Below, piece by piece: positions 18,388-28,171 of a stretch of 55,765 nucleotides of DNA; the stretch's first letter is position 1, and each line of letters opens with the position of its first letter. Position numbers and translations under genes: made by a program. The notes below the pieces were generated by a model, which ran no database searches, was not told the DNA's origin, and saw only the letters and a list, made by a program, of their open reading frames with translations. The stretch comes from a virus. Lineage: Duplodnaviria > Caudoviricetes. The DNA lies in the IMG/VR virus record IMGVR_UViG_3300008110_005672, positions 1 through 55,765 of that record; one strand, written 5' to 3'.

Positions 18388-18870
18388 TTATCCCCCAAAT
18401 CCAAACGTACCACTTGGCACAGTTATTTCTGTATACTGTCTTGGATCCAAGACGTTTTCAATTCTAACAACAATATTAGTTCCCACTACTTTCCAAGTGA
18501 TGTTGTTGCCGGCTACTTCCATTTGACCGCAATTGCCTGCACTATTTGCTGAACACACCGGCACTCCGTTGACTCCAAACAGACTATCTGTGATCTGTTT
18601 TGCCAACTGTGAATAGATGCGGCTTTCCAAGTTGGCTTGAAACTTGGCTTGTGGTGTGTTTAATGCATCGCTTTCTGCTTTGGCTTTGAGTGCATCGGCA
18701 GCATTTTTGTTCTTGTCTCTGGCCTGAGTTTCTAGTTGGTGTATTGTGAGTACGTGTGAACTATAGCCAATGCCACTAAAGGATGGACTATTAAAACTGT
18801 GTTGTAATTCTGCTGCGCCGACCATTGATGCTGCAATAATCAACATGGCGGCGGCTATAGATTTAACCAT
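18388..18870 (-). CDS. csgF: curli assembly component CsgF-like
   Basis: Signal peptide followed by ELQHSFNSPSFSG; LESRIYSQLA; adjacent to csgG. Confidence 0.85.
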   Translation of the reverse strand: MVKSIAAAMLIIAASMVGAAELQHSFNSPSFSGIGYSSHVLTIHQLETQARDKNKNAADALKAKAESDALNTPQAKFQANLESRIYSQLAKQITDSLFGVNGVPVCSANSAGNCGQMEVAGNNITWKVVGTNIVVRIENVLDPRQYTEITVPSGTFGFGG

Positions 18871-18941
18871 CGATTCGCTCCCGGTAGTTACTGTTAGTAT
18901 TTACGTGGGGACGAACTAGAATTATGTGCTGCGAGAATTAT

Positions 18942-20378
18942 TTACGTAGTTGGGAGGCTGAAACTAAAGCCGCCTTTGATTTGTCTACCTGAGTACCAGT
19001 TGGCTTCCATCTTGGCTTTATCTTTAAAATTTGGGGGATAAACAACGTTAATTGTTTTTACTGTTGCATCATCACCCGATGCACCTACTGCACTCTTTAC
19101 CTGAACCATTGCAGAACTATTTAAAAAACTACGAATAGCTTCTCCAAAGTCGATTGCAGGATCTGAATTTACTTTGTTTGCTACTAATGCAGCCACTCTA
19201 GCAATACAAATAAATCCTACAAAGCTACCGCTTTTATAACCTCCCATGGTAAAAATACGTTGTAATATCTTGGGAACTTTTACAATGTCTTCTGGGGTGG
19301 CAGTTTTGACCACTGCCGAAGGGTTGGTTTTATCTCCTGAGAGCTGTTGTTTAGGATCTCTAGGATTAGACAACAATTGTTTAATGGCATCTGCTTCTTG
19401 TTGATCGATTAATGCAAGTTCAACTCCTAGCACTAAAGGAGCATAACGCTGATGTTCTTTGCAAACATCTAGAATTCTAGCTGCTTCCGCAAACTTTTTA
19501 ATGTATGCTTGTCCTGTAGAAGATTGTGCAGAATCTTCTTTGGCCTTGTGTATGTTGCCAATAGAGCCTTTAGCGCCTTGTTTGCCTTTTGAACTTACTG
19601 CCAGTTCAATTCCACCTTTTTGTATGTAGCTGTCAACAAGACCATTAATTAAAGATACGGGATAACTGATGGTTGCACCAGATAAATCGCCACCTTTGAA
19701 TACGTCGGCAATTGCCTCTTGCATTTGTCCACTTACCTGTGGATGACCAGAAATCATTGCGATTGGAGCAAACACTTCTCCAAAGTCATCTTGAATAGCA
19801 GGTACTATTTTTCCTGCTCCAGGAAATACAATAGGTTCACCGTTGACCGCAGCATTTAAACCAGCAACTAGCATTGCACCGTCTTTATGGGCCGATATAG
19901 TTTTAATAACAGATTGTGCTGTGCGAGATCTTGAATCTCCAATACCTACGTCTAGGGGTTTTAATGCTGATTCGGATTTAACCGCAGAACTTGTTTTCTT
20001 GTCTTTGCCACCTGCCGTTAATCCGGCAACGGTTCTAGCTTCGGTATCAGAAATTGTATTATTAGGGTTTTTACGATCGTAGAACTTGCCAATCAGGATT
20101 TCTTTTCCGTCATCTGCTTCAAATCTTGCATAGGCAAAAGATTTGCTTCTATTTTGAGGTTTGTTAATCCAGATAATTTTGCCCTTGTCACCACCGGCCT
20201 GTTCAAGTGCTGCGGCTTCCATGTCTTGCATGGTAGGATATTGTTGTTCTTCCCCGGCAGGAAATTCCCAATTCCAGTTTTGGAATTTAAATTCAATACC
20301 ATTAGGGTCTGTATAAATTTCGCCGGGAGTTCCGCCTTTTAGGCCTACTGCTTCGATTAAAAATTCAAATACTCTCAT
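18942..20378 (-). CDS. hypothetical protein, possible PD-(D/E)XK-fold; probable virion internal protein
   Basis: N-term MRVFEFLIE; GLVDSY...AVSSKG motif; TAAATA upstream. Confidence 0.55.
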   Translation of the reverse strand: MRVFEFLIEAVGLKGGTPGEIYTDPNGIEFKFQNWNWEFPAGEEQQYPTMQDMEAAALEQAGGDKGKIIWINKPQNRSKSFAYARFEADDGKEILIGKFYDRKNPNNTISDTEARTVAGLTAGGKDKKTSSAVKSESALKPLDVGIGDSRSRTAQSVIKTISAHKDGAMLVAGLNAAVNGEPIVFPGAGKIVPAIQDDFGEVFAPIAMISGHPQVSGQMQEAIADVFKGGDLSGATISYPVSLINGLVDSYIQKGGIELAVSSKGKQGAKGSIGNIHKAKEDSAQSSTGQAYIKKFAEAARILDVCKEHQRYAPLVLGVELALIDQQEADAIKQLLSNPRDPKQQLSGDKTNPSAVVKTATPEDIVKVPKILQRIFTMGGYKSGSFVGFICIARVAALVANKVNSDPAIDFGEAIRSFLNSSAMVQVKSAVGASGDDATVKTINVVYPPNFKDKAKMEANWYSGRQIKGGFSFSLPTT

Positions 20379-20387
20379 AGCTAATAT

Positions 20388-21080
20388 TTAGCTGATTTCT
20401 GGGAACAGGCATTCTTGAATAAACACCCTTACATCCTCTTCTGAAAGTCCTAAACTAACCATTACACGTGGTGTATGTGGGTTCTGTTTTTGATTTTCGC
20501 AGTAGAAATTCTGTGCAGATCTAGTGTCGTTTGCAGTATTGTTAGTTTCAGCTACTGTACCTAGATAATGATGTATGCCCGCTTTTGCCATGGCAATAAT
20601 CTGTGCTAATTCTTCATCATCACTAACGTTGCCTGCAGCCACCATACTTGGACTGAAAATACGTTCTGCCCAGTCGGGTAATTTGCGAGTCTTATTCCAT
20701 TCTAACTTTTGTGCTTCGTCTGCAAACCAATCCATCATGGCATGCTCTTTATCGCCTGCGGCTGAATAATCGTAGAAGCAGCCCGTAATCTTGTTCTTGC
20801 CAGCAATAACATCAAATCCAAAAATAGGAGCAGGATTATGTGTATGCGGAAAAATGCAACAGTGCATCATCCAAAGACCTTTGGTCTCACGGGCATCTAC
20901 TACGTCCACGTGAGCTCTACGATAACTGTCACTGGTCCAAACACGATTAACCCATCCGGGACTGTTAAAGCGATCCATTCCAGGTTCGAATACTTCTGTT
21001 CCTGTTTTAGTAAACTGATCTATGAATAGCGTTTGCACTTCGATCAGTGTGTCCCAAACTTTACTTGTTGATGTTTGCAA
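20388..21080 (-). CDS. pcyX: ferredoxin-dependent bilin reductase, PcyX/PcyA-like
   Basis: RRAHVDVVD, MHCCIFP, PIFGFDVIAG, LPDWA..IFS, QKQNPHT; overlaps heme oxygenase gene. Confidence 0.8.
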   Translation of the reverse strand: MQTSTSKVWDTLIEVQTLFIDQFTKTGTEVFEPGMDRFNSPGWVNRVWTSDSYRRAHVDVVDARETKGLWMMHCCIFPHTHNPAPIFGFDVIAGKNKITGCFYDYSAAGDKEHAMMDWFADEAQKLEWNKTRKLPDWAERIFSPSMVAAGNVSDDEELAQIIAMAKAGIHHYLGTVAETNNTANDTRSAQNFYCENQKQNPHTPRVMVSLGLSEEDVRVFIQECLFPEIS

Positions 21081-21612
21081 TTTCCATCATCTCTTTAAAA
21101 AATTGTGTAGCAAAATCAAAACAAACCTTGGCTTCGTCTGCCATACTGTCGTCGATTTTTAAACGGACTGCTGCTTTTAGGCTATCGGCATCTTCGAAAT
21201 GATAGTATTTGCCAGAACCTGGAACTTTCTTAGCAATCATCTGTCCGCCAGCAAGATCACCCATGTGTCGTACATAGATGTGTGCCATCAGCAGTTTAGG
21301 ATCATCTTTAATTTTCATGATGTGATCCATATACTGCTTTGTCACTGCACACATTTTGGGTCTATCTTCATCGTCTGATCCCCACAATTCTTCGAAGTCA
21401 GCTCTAATGGCCTTGGCCCGTAGGATTCCCGGCATGTCAGACAGTAGTCCGTGCGGCATGGCACACACTTCTAACAGCTCATACATGGGAAATTGATTGT
21501 AGAGATAGGTGGCATACAGTTTTGGATCTATAGTTCCTGAAAACAGGATTTTTACAAACTCCTGTCTTTCGGCATTGGTGTGATTGTCTTTGGTTAATTC
21601 TCGTAGGCTCAT
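21061..21612 (-). CDS. heme oxygenase (biliverdin-producing)
   Basis: LRELT...H..AE; AHIYVRHMGDLAGGQMI; EA..CF. Confidence 0.9.
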   Translation of the reverse strand: MSLRELTKDNHTNAERQEFVKILFSGTIDPKLYATYLYNQFPMYELLEVCAMPHGLLSDMPGILRAKAIRADFEELWGSDDEDRPKMCAVTKQYMDHIMKIKDDPKLLMAHIYVRHMGDLAGGQMIAKKVPGSGKYYHFEDADSLKAAVRLKIDDSMADEAKVCFDFATQFFKEMMEIANINK

Positions 21613-21627
21613 TATATGGTTCCGTTA

Positions 21628-21888
21628 TTATCTGAAACGTAGTATCAGCATGACAAGATCCTGTTCACTATTGAGTTTGAGAATGTAATCGTTGACATTG
21701 AATCTTTGATACTGCCAACGTGTTCCCAGTGGACCAAAAGCTGATTCTACAAATCGTATTATACTTAGTTTGCCGGACTTGCCACTAGCCTGAGAACTGG
21801 GACGCTGATCTCTAAAGTGTACCCAGTAACCAAATCTACGTGCTCCTGTAAATTGATGTTTGATTAATCGCACATCATCAAAGGTCAT
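21628..21888 (-). CDS. hypothetical protein, distant member of the small paralog family
   Basis: LKLNSEQDLVMLILRFR C-terminus. Confidence 0.65.
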   Translation of the reverse strand: MTFDDVRLIKHQFTGARRFGYWVHFRDQRPSSQASGKSGKLSIIRFVESAFGPLGTRWQYQRFNVNDYILKLNSEQDLVMLILRFR

Positions 21889-22187
21889 TCTTCTTGTTCT
21901 AGTGTGATACGCAACGGAAACCCATTGCTTCGTGCCAGTTGAGTTGATTCTATGCCTTTGGTCTCAGCAATTTCATGCGTGTATACTCCCGCCACAGCAC
22001 TACCAGAATTATGTATTTCTAGAGTGATATCTTTGGCTGCACTTACACTGTGTTTGAATATGTCTGTCAACAATTCTATCACAAACTCCATGGGCGTTTG
22101 TTGATCATTGAGCACGATCACTTTCCACATTTTAGGTGGCTGTAAACTTGTTACAATTTTTTCTTCTATTTGAATTTCGGTGGTCAT
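21885..22187 (-). CDS. clpS: ClpS adaptor protein
   Basis: KVIVLNDQQTPMEFVI; IH..G.A..GVY..EIAETK; GFPL. Confidence 0.9.
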   Translation of the reverse strand: MTTEIQIEEKIVTSLQPPKMWKVIVLNDQQTPMEFVIELLTDIFKHSVSAAKDITLEIHNSGSAVAGVYTHEIAETKGIESTQLARSNGFPLRITLEQEE

Positions 22188-22224
22188 TTTTGTTTCTCCA
22201 AATGGGGGATTTCTCCCCCATTGA

Positions 22225-22671
22225 TTATTTAACTTCCACAATGTCAATTACACGTGGCTTTTCAGACTCAGGAATGTTGCGGATCAATTTCACAATCAGC
22301 ATGCCATTACGAATTTCTGCACCTGCAACTTCAATGTGTTCGGCAAGTGGAAACTCACGAACAAAGTCACGGGTAGCTAGACCGCGATGTAGATAAACAA
22401 TCTCAGGCTGTTCGTGACGAACAGATTCTGCTCCCTCGCCTTTTACTGTGAGAACATTTGATTCTACAGTTACGGCAATTTCCGATTTTTCAAACCCGGT
22501 CACAGCAATTTGAATCTCGTACTGATTTTCACCAGTCTTGAGTATATTGTGTGGGGGATAGTTGTTGGACACACTGTTGGCAAATCTGCGTTCCATTTGG
22601 TCGAACACGGTGTCGAATCCAATCAGTGCTCTATTAATAGCTTCAATTCTCTGTAATGCGTTATTGTTCAT
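22225..22671 (-). CDS. small heat shock protein (IbpA/Hsp20)
   Basis: YPPHNI; YLHRGLA.R.F.R.F.LAE; NGML. Confidence 0.92.
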   Translation of the reverse strand: MNNNALQRIEAINRALIGFDTVFDQMERRFANSVSNNYPPHNILKTGENQYEIQIAVTGFEKSEIAVTVESNVLTVKGEGAESVRHEQPEIVYLHRGLATRDFVREFPLAEHIEVAGAEIRNGMLIVKLIRNIPESEKPRVIDIVEVK

Positions 22672-22728
22672 AATAGTCTCCTTATAAAGTAAGAACAATT
22701 GGGGCCCCTAAGGTGCCCCTATTGACAA

Positions 22729-24472
22729 TTAGTTGGGTTTGGTCTCCGTGAAGGTAGCATCAACTACATTGTCATCTGCTTTGGCTTCAGGTTGAGGCTG
22801 TGCTGCTGCCTGTTCCTTGGCCTGTTTTTTATCCAACAATGTTTTCATTGCAGGATAAACCTTTTCAAGTTCAGATTTGATCTTGTCAGCATCATTTTCT
22901 TTCATAGCATCTTCTACTGCTTTAATTGCTGTTTCGATGTCTGTTTTTTCTGTGTCTGTAAGATCATCTTTGAACTCTTCAAGATCTTTCTTGGGTGCCT
23001 TTGTCTTTAGCACTGATATGCATGATACCGTTAGCATCGATATCGAATGTGACCTCGATCTGTGGCTGTCCGCGACGTGCTGGAGCGATACCTTCAAGGT
23101 TGAATTCTCCTAACAGTTTGTTATGTTGTACAAGCTCACGTTCACCTTGGAACACCTTAATGGTCACGGCAGGTTGATTGTCTTCTGCTGTTGAGAACAC
23201 CTGCTGTCCCTTAGTAGGAATAGTTGTATTCTTTTGAATAACCTTGGCAAACACACCTCCCATAGTTTCGATACCTAGACTCAACGGAGTCACATCTAAC
23301 AACAGAACGTCATTGCGATCACCGCCTAGAACAGCACCTTGTACTGCGGCACCAGCGGCCACTGCTTCGTCTGGGTTGACATCTTTACGAGGAGCCTTAC
23401 CAAACAACTTTTCTACAGTTTCCTGCACCTTTGGCATACGTGTCATACCACCAACAAGAATCACTTCATCAATGTCGGCAATATTAATGCCTGCGTCCTT
23501 GATAGCAGTTTTACATGGACCAACTGAACGTTGGATCAATTCATCTACCAGCTGTTCTAGTTTAGAACGACTGAGAGTAATGTTCATGTGCTTGGGACCA
23601 CTGGCGTCTGCTGTGATATAGGGCAAGTTTACAGATGTTTGGGTAGAACTAGATAATTCAATCTTGGCTTTTTCAGCAGATTCTTTTAGACGCTGGATTG
23701 CCAAAATATCCTTGGTTAGGTCGACACCCTGATCTTTCTTGAACTCTTCAACTAGGAAGTCCATGATGCGTTGGTCAAAGTCTTCACCACCTAGGAAAGT
23801 ATCTCCGTTAGTGCTTAGTACTTCGATCTGTTTATCGCCGTCGACGTTGGCTATCTCGATGATGGAAACATCGAATGTGCCGCCGCCGAGGTCGTAAACA
23901 GCAACTTTGCGATCTCGCTTATCAGCTTTATCAACGCCATAGGCAAGAGCTGCCGCAGTAGGCTCGTTGATAATACGGAGTACCTCCAAGCCTGCGATCT
24001 GGCCAGCATCCTTGGTAGCTTGTCTTTGGCTATCGTTAAAATATGCAGGAACTGTGATAACAGCTTGTGTAACTGTTGTACCAAGATAATCCTCTGCGGT
24101 CTTTTTCATCTTGCGCAGGACTTCTGCTGAAATCTGTGGAGGGGCAAGTTCTTGATCGTTGACGCGAACCCAGGCATCTCCGTTCTTGGCTTCCATGATT
24201 TCGTAGGGCATGAGGTCAATGTCTTTCTGGACAGCTTCCTCTTTGAATTTACGACCAATCAAACGCTTTGACGCATAGATTGTGTTTTTGGGGTTTGTAA
24301 CTGATTGACGCTTTGCACTTGCACCTACAAGAATTTCATCTTTGCCATAGGCCACGATTGAAGGTGTAGTTCTAGCACCTTCTGCATTTTCAATTACTTT
24401 GGCTACGCCGTTTTCAATAACGGCTACACATGAGTTTGTGGTACCTAAATCGATACCAATGATCTTAGACAT
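22729..24472 (-). CDS. dnaK: DnaK/Hsp70, with an internal deletion and frameshift near 22990
   Basis: [26 protein letters not shown]; frame ends at SAKDKGT and the DnaK lid/C-tail (…[11 protein letters not shown]) resumes in another frame. Confidence 0.93.
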
Positions 24473-24561
24473 AATTATCTCCTTATAAAGTAAGATCTAG
24501 ATTGTGAGCACTTTGCTCTATAAACCGCCCGCTTTGGTGCAGCTTACGATTTTTATTTATA

Positions 24562-24846
24562 TCAAATATTCTCTAAATTCTGAATATTTGACCATTTTTT
24601 AAGTTTTTCTATTTTGGCAGCCTGCGCCCGCTCGATATTAGAATATGATACAATATCCATACTTTGTAAGATATCAATCATAGCCAACATATCGCCCAGC
24701 TCTTCTTCCAGGTGTTCCCTATTAGTTTTAGGTTTTCCTGGTTTATAGTTATCCAATCCAAAGCGGCTGATTTTACTAACTGCTTGAATTACTTCTGCAC
24801 ATTCTTCTTGAAGAATGTCCATTACTTCTTTGATTTGTGTGTCCAT
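24562..24846 (-). CDS. MazG-like NTP pyrophosphohydrolase
   Basis: EECAEVIQ...EEELGD motif. Confidence 0.8.
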   Translation of the reverse strand: MDTQIKEVMDILQEECAEVIQAVSKISRFGLDNYKPGKPKTNREHLEEELGDMLAMIDILQSMDIVSYSNIERAQAAKIEKLKKWSNIQNLENI

Positions 24847-24849
24847 ATA

Positions 24850-25431
24850 TTATCGTGTGCTCGCAAATGGAGCGATATAACTACCGTTGCTCATTGTGCT
24901 GGTGCGCAGAGCCTTGTAGACATTTTGTACACCTACCGCTTGATTCCAAGCGTCTTCCAGAGCGTGATGTTTTAGCACAGGAGGACGATTGGGATTGATA
25001 CCCACATCAAAAATTGTACGAGTATCTCTAACTTCCCAAAAACTCCAAGGAATAGCTTTACCAATTTTACGGAAATACCATTCTAGAATAGTAACGTCAA
25101 ATCCAGCACCGTGACTCCATACTCGTTTAGCACCCCAACAGAATTTGTATAGTTGGTCTAAAGCAATATGGATATTAATCCTATCATCGGGATTAAACGC
25201 TTCATCTTGAGCAGCCTGGCTTTGACTGGCCCACCAATCCAATGTACTTTGACTGACGGTTGCCCCTATGTGGTCACAACTGTCAATGTCTACACGGGTG
25301 TAGAATTTAACAGCAGAAGATTCATTGACTTCATCACCAAAGGGATCAAATTTAACTGCTCCAATTGACAAAATAGTTGCTGAGGGGAGTACATCAAGTG
25401 TCTCCAAGTCGATCATAATATCTGTGTTCAT
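24850..25431 (-). CDS. DEDDh 3'-5' exonuclease (RNase AS/Rv2179c-like)
   Basis: MIDLETL; FD; RDTRT; HHALEDA. Confidence 0.85.
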   Translation of the reverse strand: MNTDIMIDLETLDVLPSATILSIGAVKFDPFGDEVNESSAVKFYTRVDIDSCDHIGATVSQSTLDWWASQSQAAQDEAFNPDDRINIHIALDQLYKFCWGAKRVWSHGAGFDVTILEWYFRKIGKAIPWSFWEVRDTRTIFDVGINPNRPPVLKHHALEDAWNQAVGVQNVYKALRTSTMSNGSYIAPFASTR

Positions 25432-25437
25432 ACAGTT

Positions 25438-25466
25438 ATTATACTACCTTTCTGACAGAATGTCAA
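25438..25466 (-). promoter_or_regulatory. consensus sigma70 promoter
   Basis: TTGACA-17 bp-TATAAT. Confidence 0.85.
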
Positions 25467-25470
25467 TAGA

Positions 25471-25707
25471 TTAAAACATTTTCTTGGGAAGTTGATTTTC
25501 ACGTAGTTTCTTGCGCCATCTGGCCACTGCTGCACCTTTGAGACGCTTGCGCATGGTTGTGGGTTTTTCGTAAAACTCTTTTTGTCTTAATTCATCGAGA
25601 ATACCACTTTCTTCAACTTTCTTTTTGAATCGGCGGAGAGCTTGATTGATATTTTCGTTTTCTTTAAGAACCACTGTTCTTCCTAGAGTAACTCTTGATT
25701 TATTCAT
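25471..25707 (-). CDS. rpsU: ribosomal protein bS21
   Basis: ALRRFKKK...GIL.E.R..EFYEKPT..RKR. Confidence 0.92.
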   Translation of the reverse strand: MNKSRVTLGRTVVLKENENINQALRRFKKKVEESGILDELRQKEFYEKPTTMRKRLKGAAVARWRKKLRENQLPKKMF

Positions 25708-26083
25708 AATTTTCTATGGTTAGGTTAAGTAAAGATTCACAATCTTCACTAGCATATATAGCCTTTGCATTGGCACGTGATAAATTTCTTAGTGTTCCAA
25801 AATAGTGTGAATTTTTTTGAGCGCAGATGTATCCTATGATAAGACTGTTTGCGCTATCTGCGTTGAATATGATTAGATTGCTCTTGGATTTTTTGTCCAA
25901 CAGCCAATCCGTGTCGTGATCAGATGACCAAAGATAGGTTATGATATCATGTTGAGATTTCAAATTCAACAGACTGTCTGAAATGATTTTGGTTTGTTCA
26001 GTATTGAGATCTACTAACAACAATCTAAAACCATCAATCAATACATCGTCAGGCGCAGTGACCACAACTACCTTGGCTGTCAT
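25700..26083 (-). CDS. hypothetical protein
   Basis: Overlap-coupled ORF. Confidence 0.75.
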   Translation of the reverse strand: MTAKVVVVTAPDDVLIDGFRLLLVDLNTEQTKIISDSLLNLKSQHDIITYLWSSDHDTDWLLDKKSKSNLIIFNADSANSLIIGYICAQKNSHYFGTLRNLSRANAKAIYASEDCESLLNLTIENYE

Positions 26084-27483
26084 CCTTGTCCTTTGACTTG
26101 TTTGACCTTTTGCCAGATTGTAGATTCATTCTGCTCGGCATTTTGAACATAGCCCACTAGCTTTCCTGAATCTTGCGAATCTGTTGACCCTGTTCCCGTT
26201 CCATCCATGCTGTTATCTTTTTTTTTAGTTTCTTCAACTTGTTCCAGAGCCCATTTCGCTGCTTCTTCTGCGGCTTCGTTGTCTGTGAAGTCGGGGGCAG
26301 CTTTTAGATACTCTTCCCAAGGAAGACGATCAATAGAACCATTTTCTAAAAGACGTCTGTGTCTTTTTAAAGAATCGTTCGGATGATCGTGTTTCCAGTT
26401 TCTCTTGGCTTCTCTAATCTCAACAGTGTCATTTTCGTCGTAGTCGTCATCGTCATCATGCAGTTCCTCAGACGCCGTTATATCACCTCCTAGTGCGGTC
26501 GGCTGTGTTGTGAAAGGATCTACGACAGGTTCTGTGTGTGTTGTTTGTATATATGCGGCTGCAGGAAACGGCCATAAACTTGTGGCAGGCGATATAAAAG
26601 GTTCTGATTTCGGAGTGTCTTCTTCATCAACAGTAAGGCTATCATCTTTGCTATCTGTTGGTATGTTATTTTCTAGAGATTCTTTAGATTCTTCTTCGGC
26701 TCTGCGAAACCACTGGAAACTGTATTGGCTGGCCAGCAGCAATATCACTGCCAACGGGTCAAATACTGAGACGATAATAATAATCACCCAGGTAACTGCT
26801 TTTTCAAGAATATTGGCATCGGGATTGCTGCCATACACAAAGGCAGCTATGTATTTGATAGGACCAACTTCGGCTTCAACCTTGCGTATTTCTGCCGCGA
26901 TTGGAGCACGTTCTTCATTGAGTGTGGCTATGGCCTTTTGCGATTTAGCAATGTCTGAATTTATCTGAGCTCGTTCTTTGGCCTGACGTTGGCGCATGGC
27001 ATTGGCATTAACAGCCCCTTGATCTGTTTTACTGCGGGCGATGGTTTCGTCAATGGTGGCATCCATCTGCTTCAGGGCCTTGCGGCCTGCTTCGATGTTT
27101 TCACGTTCAGTTTTTATTTTTTCGTCATAGATAGCAATTTTACTCTGCACATCTCCAGACACCAATGTTTGATCACTGTGTGCTTTTGATAGAAAACCAA
27201 AGATGCCCATGGAAGTGATTACCATAAGGATGGCAATGGCGCCTATGAGATAGCTTCTAATATAGATAGGAGCTCTATCCCAATTAATTTTTAACCACAC
27301 AGTGGCAATTAATTTACTGACTTCCAGTACAACACCCATAACAATAATAGGGATGGCGGCTGCTGCAAAAATGCTGACAAGACCCGCCACGCTGTACCAA
27401 ATGGCCACCGCAGAAATGGTCAGCCCGCTGAGCAGGGCCAGCCAGGCAATAATTTTATCGCTGAGATTTACTTTCATGTACAA
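26080..27483 (-). CDS. membrane coiled-coil protein
   Basis: 3 N-terminal TMs, SMGIFGFLSKAH, coiled coil, EVGPIKYIA, FDPLAV TM, acidic tail. Confidence 0.8.
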   Translation of the reverse strand: MYMKVNLSDKIIAWLALLSGLTISAVAIWYSVAGLVSIFAAAAIPIIVMGVVLEVSKLIATVWLKINWDRAPIYIRSYLIGAIAILMVITSMGIFGFLSKAHSDQTLVSGDVQSKIAIYDEKIKTERENIEAGRKALKQMDATIDETIARSKTDQGAVNANAMRQRQAKERAQINSDIAKSQKAIATLNEERAPIAAEIRKVEAEVGPIKYIAAFVYGSNPDANILEKAVTWVIIIIVSVFDPLAVILLLASQYSFQWFRRAEEESKESLENNIPTDSKDDSLTVDEEDTPKSEPFISPATSLWPFPAAAYIQTTHTEPVVDPFTTQPTALGGDITASEELHDDDDDYDENDTVEIREAKRNWKHDHPNDSLKRHRRLLENGSIDRLPWEEYLKAAPDFTDNEAAEEAAKWALEQVEETKKKDNSMDGTGTGSTDSQDSGKLVGYVQNAEQNESTIWQKVKQVKGQG

Positions 27484-27486
27484 TAT

Positions 27487-27957
27487 TTATTCCCTTATCC
27501 AGCGCCAATTACTGCTCGCATTTGAGAAACAGGCTGTGCTACTCAATGTTTTTTGTACACCATACGCTATGGCCTGCACATGCATCCTCCTACAATAACC
27601 CGATCCGGGGGGCCATGTCATCACAGGCACCGCAACACCGCTGGCATCTCGTTTGTACCATTCAACAGCCTCACCATTTTCTGCAAACATCACAGCATGG
27701 TACAGCGCCTGAGTGTAAGAATCTTTTTGATCATTGTCCAGCGTTTTGAACCATCCAAAAGATAATTGCGTAACTTCATTGATAAACGAACCTGAGCGAT
27801 ACTCGAAAAATCTAGGATTACTGATTTCACTAGCCAACGCTGGGCTAGTTGCGACCAGTATTAACAATTTCCCAGCTACCATCCAACTTTTGACAACTGA
27901 CGCCTTTGCGTTGAACATCACGGCCTCCAATTTGCATCCAATAAGTAAATTCACCAC
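27487..27957 (-). CDS. 17 kDa surface-antigen-like (RT0821/Lpp0805) protein
   Basis: G..V.W...SG...P...YCR...AC...W pattern; true start probably downstream. Confidence 0.55.
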   Translation of the reverse strand: MVNLLIGCKLEAVMFNAKASVVKSWMVAGKLLILVATSPALASEISNPRFFEYRSGSFINEVTQLSFGWFKTLDNDQKDSYTQALYHAVMFAENGEAVEWYKRDASGVAVPVMTWPPGSGYCRRMHVQAIAYGVQKTLSSTACFSNASSNWRWIRE

Positions 27958-28171
27958 AATTAGCTGACATGCCTAATCGTGCAGTGGTAATTCGTTTGAC
28001 ATCATCGTCCGTGCATTCTAACACAGTTTTACTATCAACAGTTTCTCGATTTTGAGTAGTGATAGTTTGACTGGTATAACAGTACTGCGGCTTGTTGGCT
28101 GCAACCTTAGGAGAGGAACTACAGCCAAACAACGATACCGCAAGGATCGTTAGAGCTAGAATTTTCATCAC
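27845..28171 (-). CDS. lipoprotein
   Basis: Lipobox LFGC. Confidence 0.75.
   Translation of the reverse strand: MMKILALTILAVSLFGCSSSPKVAANKPQYCYTSQTITTQNRETVDSKTVLECTDDDVKRITTARLGMSANCGEFTYWMQIGGRDVQRKGVSCQKLDGSWEIVNTGRN

Noticed and set aside
20388-21612. Classifying the genome as a cyanophage because of bilin genes
   Set aside because: No psbA/hli/cpeT here; DnaK, AhpC/D, Csp and desaturase look proteobacterial
22729-23097. 122-aa ORF as an independent gene
   Set aside because: Its C-terminal ~85 residues are the DnaK tail; its N-terminal part is out-of-frame dnaK sequence
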